Of a stretch of 64,000 bases of DNA, positions 1 to 10,476 are shown piece after piece. Each line of letters starts with the position of its first letter. Position 1 is the first letter of the stretch. Origin of the DNA: Acinetobacter phage Ab5; the sequence record PP763257.1, one strand, 5' to 3'. Below the pieces are notes generated by a model, which ran no database searches, was not told the DNA's origin, and was given only the letters and a program-made list of their open reading frames with translations. A program made the translations under genes and the position numbers.

Positions 1-2
1 AC

Positions 3-164
3 TTATCTGAAATTGGTATGCAAGCTGAAGGGCAAAATAGAACATACATTTTAGGCATCTGTGATGCAAACAACAATACTGTAGAACAAACAGAAAGTGT
101 TATTGGAGAAGAGACTCCTTTAGAAACTTCTTTAGACACTCCTGTGGCAATTGTTCCAGAATAA
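3..164 (+). CDS. 3' end of an upstream structural gene, possibly the tail tube protein. The gene is partial; its start lies outside the window.
   Basis: Frame 3 is open from the window edge to TAA at 162-164. It sits directly upstream of the chaperone/tape-measure genes. Confidence 0.4.
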   Translation, partial: LSEIGMQAEGQNRTYILGICDANNNTVEQTESVIGEETPLETSLDTPVAIVPE

Positions 165-187
165 GAATAAATTTTAGGAGAAATTAA

Positions 188-583
188 ATGTCTACTAAGA
201 CAAAACAAGTTATTAAAACAATTAATGATCGAGCATATGTAATTAACGCCTTTCGTGGAGAGAAGGGTTGGGAATTTCTTCCTCGTGTAGCCAAATACAT
301 TTTCCCATTCATCGGATTACTTGGTGGTGGAGAAGAAATGACAGAAGAAGAAGCTGGTAAGAATCTTATGCTTTTATTGGAAGGTGAAAATGCTAAAGAT
401 TTATCAGCTTTAATTAAAGAATTGGTTGCTGACATTGAGGTGGGTGGTATGCGTATTAACTTCAATGAAGAGTTTGAAGAAAACTATGATGCATTATTAA
501 TTCTAACAATTGAAGTTATTAAATTAAATTACGCTAAATCTTTTCAAAGACTCGTTACGAATTTACAAAGCGTTCTAGCGTAA
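188..583 (+). CDS. tail assembly chaperone (G-like)
   Basis: 131-aa acidic ORF immediately 5' of the tape-measure gene. RBS AGGAG sits upstream of the ATG. The position and size are conserved in long-tailed phages. Confidence 0.5.
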   Translation: MSTKTKQVIKTINDRAYVINAFRGEKGWEFLPRVAKYIFPFIGLLGGGEEMTEEEAGKNLMLLLEGENAKDLSALIKELVADIEVGGMRINFNEEFEENYDALLILTIEVIKLNYAKSFQRLVTNLQSVLA

Positions 584-642
584 GTGAATCGTCAACGAGG
601 GTAAATAAAGCAGAAATAGAGAAGATTGAAAAGACCTTCTCT

Positions 643-828
643 ATGCCTTTAGCTTGGATTTCCATTCTTGATAATGCAGAAACAGATTATGTATCTACAT
701 TACAAAAGCTCAAGTATGAATTAACCGTTGATGATGTTTACGATCTTTTAGAATATCTTGAGTACAAGAAGTGGAAAAATCACGAAGAAATGTTAGCACA
801 GCAAGAACAACATAATAATAAAAGGTAG
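643..828 (+). CDS. possible -1 frameshift extension (GT-like) of the tail assembly chaperone, or an independent small ORF
   Basis: The -1 frame is open from 538 through 828 and overlaps the 3' end of 188..583. The ATG at 643 has no convincing RBS. No canonical slippery heptamer was found. Confidence 0.3.
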   Translation: MPLAWISILDNAETDYVSTLQKLKYELTVDDVYDLLEYLEYKKWKNHEEMLAQQEQHNNKR

Positions 829-833
829 ATAGA

Positions 834-2888
834 ATGCAGATAGCAAGTTTATTCGCATCATTAGGGTTTAAAGTAGACACTAAGGGGTTAGATGCATTCC
901 AATCTAAGCTTCGTGAAGTTCGTGGTGATACAGCACTATTTGCGCGTAATGCTAGAGTTTTAGCTACTAACCTACGTAGTATGTCATCTGGTTTAGACGG
1001 TGTTACTACTCGACTTGATAAACTTTCACTAAAAAGAGCAAATGCTAACATTTCTGAAAGTTATACTGAAGTTGCAAAATCTGTTGCTCGTGTACACAAT
1101 GCTTTAAATGGAATTTCAAATAATCAAAAACGAATTACCTTAAGTTTAGGGAAGATTCATTCATCAGTTAAAGCTGGTGAACCGATTTGGGACAAATACA
1201 AACAATCTGTTCTAGAAACTAAAGCTGCATTACTTCAAGTTAATGGTCAGATGCAACAACTGAGAAAGAATTCAAACATCGGTGTAAGAACTGGTAGCTC
1301 TGGATTCTCTTCTTCTCGAACATCAGCCCCAAGACAACAAAGACCTTTTGGTGGAATGAATCTTGGTGGTAGTGAAGGTTTATTAGCTGGCGGTGGCTTC
1401 TTTAGGGCTATGTTACCTGCTGTAGCAACTGCTGGTGGCTTACCAACATTAGGTTATGCGGTATCTAAGATTGTTGAGCAAGGACGAGAAGTTCAGAAGA
1501 TGGACATCGTTCTTAAAATGGCATCATCTAGCGCTGAAGAGTTCGGTAGAAACTTAGAGTTTGTTAGAAAGACAGCACAAGAAGTTGGTGTTGATGTAAC
1601 AGAGTTTGGTCAAGCATACGCTAAGATGCTTCAAGCAACCAAAGATGTTAAAGGTCTTGGTCTTGAAGATAAAGAGAAAATGTTTAGAGACTTATCAATT
1701 TACATGCGTACAATTGGTAGTTCTGCTGATGATCAGCAAGGTATCTTCCGTGCATTAACACAAATGTTCACTAAAGGTAAAGTTCAAGCTGAAGAACTTT
1801 TACAGATGGCAGAACGTGGTGTACCTGCTGCTATTGAGATTAAGAAAGCTGCTATTGAAGGTCTGAAAATGACTGAGAAGCAGTTTGAATTAGCTCAGAA
1901 GAAAGGCGAACTTGATCCAGCTAAGCTTCTTCCTATTATGTCTGCTAACTTAGCTAAATTAGCTCAAGATAGTGGAGCATACGAGAAAGCATTACAAACA
2001 TCTGCAACAGCACAACAGCGTTTTAAGAATGAGTTAAAACTTCTGTCTGATGAAATATTACAAGGTGGATTAGATCAAGGTCTTAAAAACTTATTTGAAA
2101 ACTTAACTGATTTAATAAAAGTCACCAAAGAAGGTATTCAATGGTTAAAAGGGTTTAAGAAAGGTTTAGATGAAGTTAGTGGTGGTAATTCAGGACTAAT
2201 TCTTAGTATTGCTACACTTTCATTAGTAATATTAAGATTCAGAAAACCCATCATGATTCTCTGGCAATCTTTTAAACTTGTTAGAGCAATGGGTGGTGGA
2301 TTATCAACATTCTTTAGTGGAACATTTGTTAAGAGTATTCTTAGACTTGGTGGTAAGTTATTCTGGTTAGTTACAGCATTTGAAGCTGTTATAGCCATTG
2401 GTAACGCTTTAAATAAAGAAGCCGAAGGAACTCCAACATGGATTAGTTGGTGGATTCTCAACTTAGAGACACTTTATGTAAACGTTGTTTATTATATTGC
2501 TAAGATGCGATATGAGTGGGCTAAGTTCACTAATGATATGAGCAATAACGCCAAGTTATCTTTCTTTGGTGGTGAATTGGAATCTGATAGGATTTTAAAT
2601 AAAGCTTATCAGAAAGGCAGTCAAGGAACTGCTGATCAAAGCAATGCGCCATCATTCAAGGACAGATTAGGTGCAGCTAATGAACTATACGGAATATGGT
2701 ACAAGAAACTCTTAGACGAAATAATTAGCGGACGTTTAGGTAGAATTAGTTATGAACCTTCTCAAATGAATGGTCAAGGAAGATTAGGTTACATTGAGAT
2801 CATGCAAGACGGTAAGAGTGTTGGAAGATTGGATTTAGATTCTGCTGGTAATAACCATGCCAAGATTACATCGGGGACATACTTTTGA
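834..2888 (+). CDS. tail tape measure protein
   Basis: 684 aa with an alpha-helical Ala/Leu/Lys/Gln-rich N-terminal half, Gly-rich and hydrophobic segments, and a typical position after the chaperone pair. Confidence 0.8.
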   Translation: MQIASLFASLGFKVDTKGLDAFQSKLREVRGDTALFARNARVLATNLRSMSSGLDGVTTRLDKLSLKRANANISESYTEVAKSVARVHNALNGISNNQKRITLSLGKIHSSVKAGEPIWDKYKQSVLETKAALLQVNGQMQQLRKNSNIGVRTGSSGFSSSRTSAPRQQRPFGGMNLGGSEGLLAGGGFFRAMLPAVATAGGLPTLGYAVSKIVEQGREVQKMDIVLKMASSSAEEFGRNLEFVRKTAQEVGVDVTEFGQAYAKMLQATKDVKGLGLEDKEKMFRDLSIYMRTIGSSADDQQGIFRALTQMFTKGKVQAEELLQMAERGVPAAIEIKKAAIEGLKMTEKQFELAQKKGELDPAKLLPIMSANLAKLAQDSGAYEKALQTSATAQQRFKNELKLLSDEILQGGLDQGLKNLFENLTDLIKVTKEGIQWLKGFKKGLDEVSGGNSGLILSIATLSLVILRFRKPIMILWQSFKLVRAMGGGLSTFFSGTFVKSILRLGGKLFWLVTAFEAVIAIGNALNKEAEGTPTWISWWILNLETLYVNVVYYIAKMRYEWAKFTNDMSNNAKLSFFGGELESDRILNKAYQKGSQGTADQSNAPSFKDRLGAANELYGIWYKKLLDEIISGRLGRISYEPSQMNGQGRLGYIEIMQDGKSVGRLDLDSAGNNHAKITSGTYF

Positions 2889-3739
2889 TATACACATTAA
2901 TCATTAAAAACTCAGATGGACAAACCTCTTCGGTTATTTCATTTAGCTCTGTTCGATCTTTCTCTGAATCATTAGGTGCTACAACCACCGATAATGTTGT
3001 TGAATACGGATTCCCTGTTTCTGATCACATGTTAGTTAGTAATATTACATTTGACTTGGATGTGATTGTTACAGGTTTTTCAGTGTTTGATGAAAATCTA
3101 GAATTATTTTGGAATGGTTCTGATTTTACAACAAATTCACCAGATCAATTGACTACACAAAATGCACACTTATTAATGAGAAAACAATTAAAGGATTTGA
3201 TTCTTAATCGCATTGTTTTCTCATTACTTATCACAGAAGATAATTCTTTTGTTCAAGATATTAATACCAAAGAAGCACAATTACGTAAGAGTATTGTTGA
3301 TGAGTATGTAAACTGTGTTTGTACAAGTTTAACACTTTCTGAATCTGAAGCAACAAGTGGTGCAATCTTTGCTAAACTAAACATCAAACAGATTCGATCA
3401 GCATTAGTTAAAACAAGAGAACTAGAACAAGGTGAAAGAGTAAGACAAATTGATCGTATTGCTCCAACACCAACAGTATCTTCACAGAATTCTTCTGATG
3501 CGAGTAAAGGTGTTGATTCAGATGGTAATGCTGACTTGTCTAAAGGAACTAAAGACATCTTAGATGGTCAAAATCAAGGTAAATTACCTAAGTCTGGTGA
3601 AACAGGTTTGACACAAGCAGAGATTAACCGAAGACAAGTCGAGTCGAATACTATTGCAACAGAGCATGTAAAAAATCAACAAAGGATGGCTGAAGCAAAA
3701 GCGTTAGACGCTAAGAGAGAACGTGGAGATTTTAGATGA
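2885..3739 (+). CDS. distal tail/baseplate protein
   Basis: ATGA overlap with the tape-measure stop. Its position in the tail module supports the call. Confidence 0.5.
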   Translation: MIYTLIIKNSDGQTSSVISFSSVRSFSESLGATTTDNVVEYGFPVSDHMLVSNITFDLDVIVTGFSVFDENLELFWNGSDFTTNSPDQLTTQNAHLLMRKQLKDLILNRIVFSLLITEDNSFVQDINTKEAQLRKSIVDEYVNCVCTSLTLSESEATSGAIFAKLNIKQIRSALVKTRELEQGERVRQIDRIAPTPTVSSQNSSDASKGVDSDGNADLSKGTKDILDGQNQGKLPKSGETGLTQAEINRRQVESNTIATEHVKNQQRMAEAKALDAKRERGDFR

Positions 3740-4128
3740 TTACAGATACTACAGACATTTGGTACATCATTAAACTCTCCTTATTTAATAACACTAATTA
3801 CTATAATGATATCATAATTGATGGTATCTCTTGTCGATTTACTTTTGAATACAACGAAAGATTAGGGACGAGATATCTTTCTATTGTTACTGCTTCTGGA
3901 ACTGTACTTTTAAGTAAAACACCTTTATTTGAAGATAACGAAATCTATTTAGATAACAATGCTGATCTTATTGGTATTCACGATTGTTTCCTTAAATTAG
4001 TTAAACTTGATCAAACGATTGAGGATGACTTATTAAATTGGCAAGACAATTACATTATTTTTATTAAAGGTGTTTATGATGACATCTACAATGACTATAT
4101 GAATTTTACTAAATCATTAGTCGTTTAA
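3736..4128 (+). CDS. tail/baseplate protein
   Basis: Translationally coupled ORF in the tail module. Confidence 0.45.
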   Translation: MITDTTDIWYIIKLSLFNNTNYYNDIIIDGISCRFTFEYNERLGTRYLSIVTASGTVLLSKTPLFEDNEIYLDNNADLIGIHDCFLKLVKLDQTIEDDLLNWQDNYIIFIKGVYDDIYNDYMNFTKSLVV

Positions 4129-4137
4129 GGAGGGAAT

Positions 4138-5451
4138 GTGGCAGACATTAAGGGCTTTCAAATCGGAAGATTACTTGAAGTCAATATTTATAATTATAAT
4201 AGTAATGAGGTTGTCACATTCTCAGGTTTCGATATTGAGTGTGAATTCTATAAAACAGATGATGCTGTAAATGAAGCTTCGATTGGTAAAGTTGCAATTT
4301 ATAACATGACAGATGAAACATTCAATAAAATTAACATCACAGGATGTGAGTTAGAAGTTAAATTCGGTTATGAAGCTACAGAAGCTAAAGCTCAAAGATT
4401 ATTCTTAGCTTTTGTAACTGCTGTTGATAGACACATTGATGGTAGTAATGTTATCACCGTATTTCAAGTATCTCTTAATTTTAAAGAGTATAACTTCACA
4501 CCAATTACAGTTTCAAAAAAAGAAAAAACTATAGGCTCAATTATCACACAAGTTGGTGAATTCTACGATGCTGTTTTTAAGATTGATTTAGGAAATATTC
4601 CCAAAGACCAACAAAGCAAGGTTACAGAATATATTACAACTGGTTTAATTCCAAAGTTCACATTCAATGGAACACTAGACGAATTCTTAAAAAGAATTAA
4701 TAATGATTTTGGTTTAACAAATCATAATATAAGTGAAGATATTAAAGGAAGTAAAAACAAATTAGTTAAAGAATTAATTTTTACATTCAGAGATAATTAC
4801 GTTCCTATTATTATCAATAAAGTTAACAAACCTTTTGCAAAGATAAAAGAACAACAAGAATTAGATATCTTGTTCCAAAGAGATACTTCGGATGTTGTTA
4901 CAATATTGAATCACGATACAGGGTTATTAGGAACACCACAAGTTGAATATAAAATTCAGCGTGTTTCTGAATATTGGAATTTTGCTGAAACTGATCAACA
5001 GACATTTGAATCTCAGGTAAGACAACAAGACAGGAATATTCGAGAAGCACAAGCTTCATTGAAACGTGCTGAACGAGAAGCTAAAGCGAAAGAAAAAGGC
5101 AAAACATTAAAGCCTAGAAAACCTAGAAAAGCTGGAACAATTTCTGTAAGAAGAAAATACTTAAAAGCTAGGGCTTTACCAAATCCAGCAGTAAGACCTT
5201 TAAGTATCATTGAAATACAATCTAAAATTAAAGAAAATAGTGGATTGTATCGTGTACGAGGTGTTCATTTTAGTATTAACAACTTTAAGCAAGAAGTTTA
5301 TATGGAAATGACATTAGAGAGCGTTGATACAGAAGATAAAGTTGTCTATGTTGATCCAACAACAGAAGGTGATTTCGAAATGAATGGTAGTTTAGGTTAT
5401 GACATCTCTGTTGGTAGTGAAAGTGATATCGAAACAGGAGGTATCGAATAA
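4138..5451 (+). CDS. baseplate/tail protein (XkdQ-position)
   Basis: GTG start after GGAGGG. 437 aa. Located in the tail module. Confidence 0.5.
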   Translation: MADIKGFQIGRLLEVNIYNYNSNEVVTFSGFDIECEFYKTDDAVNEASIGKVAIYNMTDETFNKINITGCELEVKFGYEATEAKAQRLFLAFVTAVDRHIDGSNVITVFQVSLNFKEYNFTPITVSKKEKTIGSIITQVGEFYDAVFKIDLGNIPKDQQSKVTEYITTGLIPKFTFNGTLDEFLKRINNDFGLTNHNISEDIKGSKNKLVKELIFTFRDNYVPIIINKVNKPFAKIKEQQELDILFQRDTSDVVTILNHDTGLLGTPQVEYKIQRVSEYWNFAETDQQTFESQVRQQDRNIREAQASLKRAEREAKAKEKGKTLKPRKPRKAGTISVRRKYLKARALPNPAVRPLSIIEIQSKIKENSGLYRVRGVHFSINNFKQEVYMEMTLESVDTEDKVVYVDPTTEGDFEMNGSLGYDISVGSESDIETGGIE

Positions 5452-6173
5452 TGAGAGATTTAGCTCCTATTATTAAAAACATTTCAATGAATGAAATGAA
5501 GTCTCTTAATTTTTGTATGCCTGCCGTAGTGATTGGAATTGAGAGATTAAAAGATGGGTTGATTGATGTAGCTCCTGTAATTGACAAGTTTACATCAACA
5601 CTGGGATATACTGAGTATGAACCAATACATGATGTCCCAATCATCACTCCTAATACGTCTACAACGTCCATACAGGTCCCTATCAATCAAGGTGATGGTG
5701 TACTACTACTTTTCACTCAAAGTGACCATAGTGAGTTTATACAGGGCTTAAAAGATGCACATGAACCTAACACAAACTCATTTCTTTCTTTAGACAATGC
5801 AGTTGCTTTAGTTGGATTTAATCCATACCAAGAATCTGTTTACAACAACAACAATTATAAAAACGAATTAGACAACACAGCTTTAAATATTGTTCACAAT
5901 AAAAATACAGAAAATGAAGTTATGATGTCATTCAAATCTGATGGAACAATGAGTCTCGTTTGCAATAAAGTTAATGTGTCGTGTAAGCAAGCTGATGTAA
6001 AAGCAGAGACAGTGAGTGTTGATTCAAGTCTTATTGATGCAAAAAACTCATTAATTAAAACTGATAATGATGTATCTATTAAAGGTAAATCTGTTTACAC
6101 ATTTATGACAACACATACACACGGTGGTGTTATGAGTGGTGGAAGTAATACAGCACCTCCAAATCCACTATAA
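5451..6173 (+). CDS. baseplate protein
   Basis: ATGA overlap with the upstream gene. Located in the tail module. Confidence 0.5.
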   Translation: MRDLAPIIKNISMNEMKSLNFCMPAVVIGIERLKDGLIDVAPVIDKFTSTLGYTEYEPIHDVPIITPNTSTTSIQVPINQGDGVLLLFTQSDHSEFIQGLKDAHEPNTNSFLSLDNAVALVGFNPYQESVYNNNNYKNELDNTALNIVHNKNTENEVMMSFKSDGTMSLVCNKVNVSCKQADVKAETVSVDSSLIDAKNSLIKTDNDVSIKGKSVYTFMTTHTHGGVMSGGSNTAPPNPL

Positions 6174-6185
6174 CAAGGAAATAAT

Positions 6186-6602
6186 ATGGACTTCTTCTTA
6201 GATCAAAACACAAAAGACCTTGTTTTAGTAGATGGTGATTTTAAGATTATTACAACACAACAAGAACAACTAATGCAACGATTATTTATTAGATTAAAAA
6301 CGTTTGCGAGAGATTTATTCTGGAACCCTTCTTACGGTATTGATTACTTAAACAAGGTTTATGGCTTAAATAGAAATAAAAATACAGTTGATGCTTTACT
6401 GTTAAGTGAAATTCAAAAAGAAGAAATGGTTGAGTCGGTGACTTATTTTGAATCTGAAATACAGAATTATAAATACGGATGTAAGTTTTCAGTTAGATTA
6501 CTCTCTGTTGATATTCCAATAATTTTCTACACTTTGGTTACTGAAAACGGATTAACACTCACAGATGAGAACGGAAATATTCTCACTGCTCAATTAGCTT
6601 AG
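6186..6602 (+). CDS. baseplate protein, gp25/GpW-like (XkdS-position)
   Basis: 138 aa. Its size and position ahead of a large baseplate-J-like gene follow the PBSX/XkdS-T-U order. Confidence 0.4.
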   Translation: MDFFLDQNTKDLVLVDGDFKIITTQQEQLMQRLFIRLKTFARDLFWNPSYGIDYLNKVYGLNRNKNTVDALLLSEIQKEEMVESVTYFESEIQNYKYGCKFSVRLLSVDIPIIFYTLVTENGLTLTDENGNILTAQLA

Positions 6603-6610
6603 GAGAAATA

Positions 6611-8065
6611 ATGACTATATCGTTTAGTGAGACAGGGATTGTTGTCGACACACAAGAACAAATTAGAGACCAAATGGCAGCTAATGCTAAGGTTAACTTA
6701 GCTCCATTCTTAGGACAAACAGAATTAAAAACAGATGATTCTAGCGTTATTGGCAGGCACTTAGCAACTGTAGCAAGACCAGCAGCACAGAACGCTGAAT
6801 TACTGCAACCAATCTTAGATCAATTTGATCTTAATAAAGCACAAGGTGTGCAATTAGATAACATTCTCTGGAGAATTCACCGCATAAAACGAAAAGGATT
6901 GTCCCAAGCCGAAGGATTGCTCATGTTGTTTGGTGATGTCGGCACAGTTGTTTCAGAAGGTAGTGAGGTATCTAATAGTAAAACAGGTGATGTTTATTCT
7001 ATAAACAATGATGTCACTTTTAATGAAAACGACTGTAATGGTATTGAGATTGTTATATCTTCTGTAGGTGGAACATATACAATAAATTATTCTGTTAATG
7101 GTTTCTTATCAGAATCACCAAGTGTTGTCGTAACTACAGGTGTTAATGATACTACAATCCAACATATTGCAGATCGTATTGTAGATGCTGTTAATTCACA
7201 AACTTCATATTTAACAGCTTCTAGAAATAATGATAACAGTGTAAAAATTATTATTACAGATCAAAACAATACTGGTGATTTTTCAGTAACAGGAAGTATC
7301 TCAATCGTAAGAGCTTACAAACCTGTTTATGCAACATCACAAACATATCAAGCTGCTGAAAGTAACGCTGGTGACGTTTCTGTTGTACGAACTACTGTAT
7401 TAGGTTGGAGAGGTGTTACCAATCCTTTTGTTATTGCAGCATCACAAGGTGTTGAGGAAGACCCTGATTATCGTTACAGAGGTAATCTAATTAAAGGTAA
7501 TACCAACACATCTTCTCGTAATTCTCTACTTGCAAGAATTGAAGCTGTTCGTGGGGTAAGTTTTTTAAGTATTCAAGCTAACAACACTCCAAATCCAACA
7601 GGGTCAGGAATTATAAATAATGGATTAGCAATCACTGTTCAAGGTGGTAATGAAGACGATATTGCAATTGCAATTGCTGATGCTATCGCAGATGGTATTG
7701 AAACATCTGGAACGATTACAAAAATCACTAAAGATAAAAACGGTGGTGATAAGATTGTTAGATTCTCAAGACCACAGACTGTTCCGTTGAAGATTTCAAT
7801 GTCTATTACTATTGCTCCAAACTTCCCTACAAATGGTAAGAATTTAATTAAACAAGCTATTGTGGATTGGTTCAATGAATTGAATGTTGGTGATGATATT
7901 TACTATTCTCGTCTATATGAACCAATTAACTCAATTTCTGGATTTAGTGTTCGTAATTTAAAGATTGGTAAATTAGACGGTAGTTATGTGACAGATGATA
8001 TTGTTCTTGGACACAATGAAGTAGCAACAATTAGTGCTGAAAATATATTCATTGGTGGTAGTTAA
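6611..8065 (+). CDS. baseplate J-like protein (XkdT-position)
   Basis: 484 aa and follows the gp25-like gene. The call is inferred from the order of conserved modules. Confidence 0.4.
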   Translation: MTISFSETGIVVDTQEQIRDQMAANAKVNLAPFLGQTELKTDDSSVIGRHLATVARPAAQNAELLQPILDQFDLNKAQGVQLDNILWRIHRIKRKGLSQAEGLLMLFGDVGTVVSEGSEVSNSKTGDVYSINNDVTFNENDCNGIEIVISSVGGTYTINYSVNGFLSESPSVVVTTGVNDTTIQHIADRIVDAVNSQTSYLTASRNNDNSVKIIITDQNNTGDFSVTGSISIVRAYKPVYATSQTYQAAESNAGDVSVVRTTVLGWRGVTNPFVIAASQGVEEDPDYRYRGNLIKGNTNTSSRNSLLARIEAVRGVSFLSIQANNTPNPTGSGIINNGLAITVQGGNEDDIAIAIADAIADGIETSGTITKITKDKNGGDKIVRFSRPQTVPLKISMSITIAPNFPTNGKNLIKQAIVDWFNELNVGDDIYYSRLYEPINSISGFSVRNLKIGKLDGSYVTDDIVLGHNEVATISAENIFIGGS

Positions 8066-8075
8066 GGATTAGATC

Positions 8076-8699
8076 ATGACTATATTAAACAAAGATTATG
8101 TTAGTGAAGCAAGAGAAGGTAGCTCTTCTCTTCTTAATCAGAGTCCGATATATCAAGCATTCTTATCTGCAATTATTGAATATTATGATGAACAGGAAAA
8201 GGATTTAATTTGGTTGTCTGAGAATCTTTTAAATGAAGATGTTGCAGAAAAATGGCATTTAGATTTTATTGGAATGATTGTTGGACAGCCAAGATTACTA
8301 GTTTCATTTAATACAGAACCTTACTTCGGATTCGAAGGAAGCTATCAATCAGAGACTTTCTCAACAGCATCTAATCCTGAGCTTGGTGGTTATTGGAATG
8401 GTATGGATAACTTTAACACATCATCTGCTAGAAGATTGAATGATGAAGAATATAGAAGAGTAATTAAAGCAAGAGTTATTTTCAATAATAGTTTTTGTAC
8501 AAGAAATGACTTGTTAAATGTAATTAATTTATTAACAGGTAATACATCTGCATCAATTACACAACCTAGTCATGGTTTATTAAAGATCAGAGCTATAGAC
8601 ACACAAGGATTGTTATCTTATTTCATGTCAAGAATAGATTTAGATGACAATATCCTACCTATTGCTCTAGGCGTTAGAGCAGAACAAGTGGAGGTATAA
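8076..8699 (+). CDS. baseplate/tail fibre assembly protein (XkdU-position)
   Basis: 207 aa. Position only. Confidence 0.4.
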   Translation: MTILNKDYVSEAREGSSSLLNQSPIYQAFLSAIIEYYDEQEKDLIWLSENLLNEDVAEKWHLDFIGMIVGQPRLLVSFNTEPYFGFEGSYQSETFSTASNPELGGYWNGMDNFNTSSARRLNDEEYRRVIKARVIFNNSFCTRNDLLNVINLLTGNTSASITQPSHGLLKIRAIDTQGLLSYFMSRIDLDDNILPIALGVRAEQVEV

Positions 8700-8700
8700 A

Positions 8701-9747
8701 ATGTCTGTAGTTAGCAGACCAGATTATTCAGTTGGTGTATGGGCATCAAATGGTGATATTGCAGCACCAACATCTGAAAAAATTGAGATTGGACACATTG
8801 TAGAAAAACCTCTCAAAGAGGTGATGAATTGGATTCAAAACAGACAAGATCGCGGTATTGTCTATTTAATGCAACAAGGTATCTCAGAATGGGTTTCGAC
8901 AGAAACTTATCCTTTGAATGCGTATGTTAAAAGAAGTGGCGTTATCTATAAAGCCTCTACGCAAAACGAAGATCGTGACCCTTTATCAAATCCTGATATT
9001 TGGAAATTAGCATTTGATACATATGGTAGTGCAGCAGCAGTTCAGCTTGAAGTAGATAAGATTAAAAGTGAAGAAGGATATCTTGATTTATATGTAAGTA
9101 AAAACAATCCTGTTTTAAACTCAAGAGCAGAAGGCGTTTCTTATGTTGCAGCAGAAGGTCTTCCAACTCTTACAAGTGATGAATATGGATATACTTTTAA
9201 AAATCATCTATTAAGTGGGCTATTTATCGCTGGTAATGATCCTGTTATATTAAAAGATGGTGCAGAAGTTGCTAGGTTCTCTACCCCAACAGACCCTAAT
9301 GAATCTTCTAAGAAAGTTGTCACTATGGACGTTTTGTTAGAATTTATCCAAACATATAAAGTTGGTGATATTTATATTACCACTCAGAATGAAAATCCAT
9401 CTATCAGACTTGGTTACGGTGTTTGGGAAAGGTATGCTGAAGGAAAAGCTTTAGTTGGTTTCAGTTCATCCACTTCAAATCAAATTCCTGAATGGGTTAA
9501 AACAGGAGGTGGTGAATATGGTGAATACTCAACAGTACTAGAACCAAATCATTTACCTAAAAAAACAAACTATACTTATCAAAGATTCACCAACCAAACT
9601 TCTGGTGACATTGTAGTTGGTGGTATAGACCCAAATGGTAATGCGAAATACAATAATATCGAACCTATTTTTGGAACAGTCGGTGATCAACCTCACAACA
9701 ATGTTCAACCATCAATTACCGTTTATGTTTGGCGAAGAATTAGTTAA
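8701..9747 (+). CDS. tail fibre/baseplate-associated protein
   Basis: 348-aa beta-rich protein in the tail module. Confidence 0.45.
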   Translation: MSVVSRPDYSVGVWASNGDIAAPTSEKIEIGHIVEKPLKEVMNWIQNRQDRGIVYLMQQGISEWVSTETYPLNAYVKRSGVIYKASTQNEDRDPLSNPDIWKLAFDTYGSAAAVQLEVDKIKSEEGYLDLYVSKNNPVLNSRAEGVSYVAAEGLPTLTSDEYGYTFKNHLLSGLFIAGNDPVILKDGAEVARFSTPTDPNESSKKVVTMDVLLEFIQTYKVGDIYITTQNENPSIRLGYGVWERYAEGKALVGFSSSTSNQIPEWVKTGGGEYGEYSTVLEPNHLPKKTNYTYQRFTNQTSGDIVVGGIDPNGNAKYNNIEPIFGTVGDQPHNNVQPSITVYVWRRIS

Positions 9748-9769
9748 TAGTTAATCAAGGGGAAGATAA

Positions 9770-10168
9770 GTGGAAGGCACAAGCACCACATCTATTATAG
9801 GTCTACTAAAGTTTTTATACCCTTCCTTAATTGGAAGTGCTTTAGCAGTATGGTATAAAAGAAATGATGTAAAATGGAAGGATAAAACTTTAGGTGAGAA
9901 ATTATTTTATAGCTTAGTAGGTATTGGTGCAATTGTTGTTGGTGTTTCCATTGGTCTAGCATTAGGTAATGCACTTATTATTTACTTTGGACTTGTTGAA
10001 TATTGGTATTGTTTTGGTGTTTACATGTTCTCAAGTCTATCATCACTAAAACTATTAGATGCTGTTGTAAAAAATAGTGATGAAATATTATCAACTGTTT
10101 TTTCTGGTGTCAAGGACGTTGTAAAAACATTCTTTGATACCTTGACATCTAGGTGGAAAAATAAATGA
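9770..10168 (+). CDS. holin-like membrane protein
   Basis: 132 aa with about three hydrophobic segments. Located immediately upstream of the endolysin. Confidence 0.45.
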   Translation: MEGTSTTSIIGLLKFLYPSLIGSALAVWYKRNDVKWKDKTLGEKLFYSLVGIGAIVVGVSIGLALGNALIIYFGLVEYWYCFGVYMFSSLSSLKLLDAVVKNSDEILSTVFSGVKDVVKTFFDTLTSRWKNK

Positions 10169-10476
10169 TTATTTATATCGCTCTAATACAACTACTCCTT
10201 TTAATTAATACAATTATTATTTTCATATGTGAACATAGCCCACTTTGGGCTAACACATGGAAAAGTGTACTCATTCGATTCATTGTAGCAATTATCCTTT
10301 TAGTAATTGGTAACTATGTTCCATTACTTGCCTTGTTACCTTATTGGATTACATTTGCTGCTTTCTTCTTATCAATTGTGACCACTGCAATGCTTATCAA
10401 ATATGTAATGGTTGAATACTTTGAACGTGTAAGAAGAGTTTCAAGATTAAGGAGAAGAAAAAGAAATGAAGATTAA
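10165..10476 (+). CDS. holin-like membrane protein
   Basis: 103 aa with three TM segments and a very basic C-terminal tail (RVRRVSRLRRRKR). It overlaps the endolysin start. Confidence 0.5.
   Translation: MIIYIALIQLLLLINTIIIFICEHSPLWANTWKSVLIRFIVAIILLVIGNYVPLLALLPYWITFAAFFLSIVTTAMLIKYVMVEYFERVRRVSRLRRRKRNED

Noticed and set aside
538-583. A canonical XXXYYYZ slippery heptamer for the chaperone frameshift
   Set aside because: None is present in the 45-nt overlap (aaatcttttcaaagactcgttacgaatttacaaagcgttctagcg). The frameshift is therefore reported only as a possibility.
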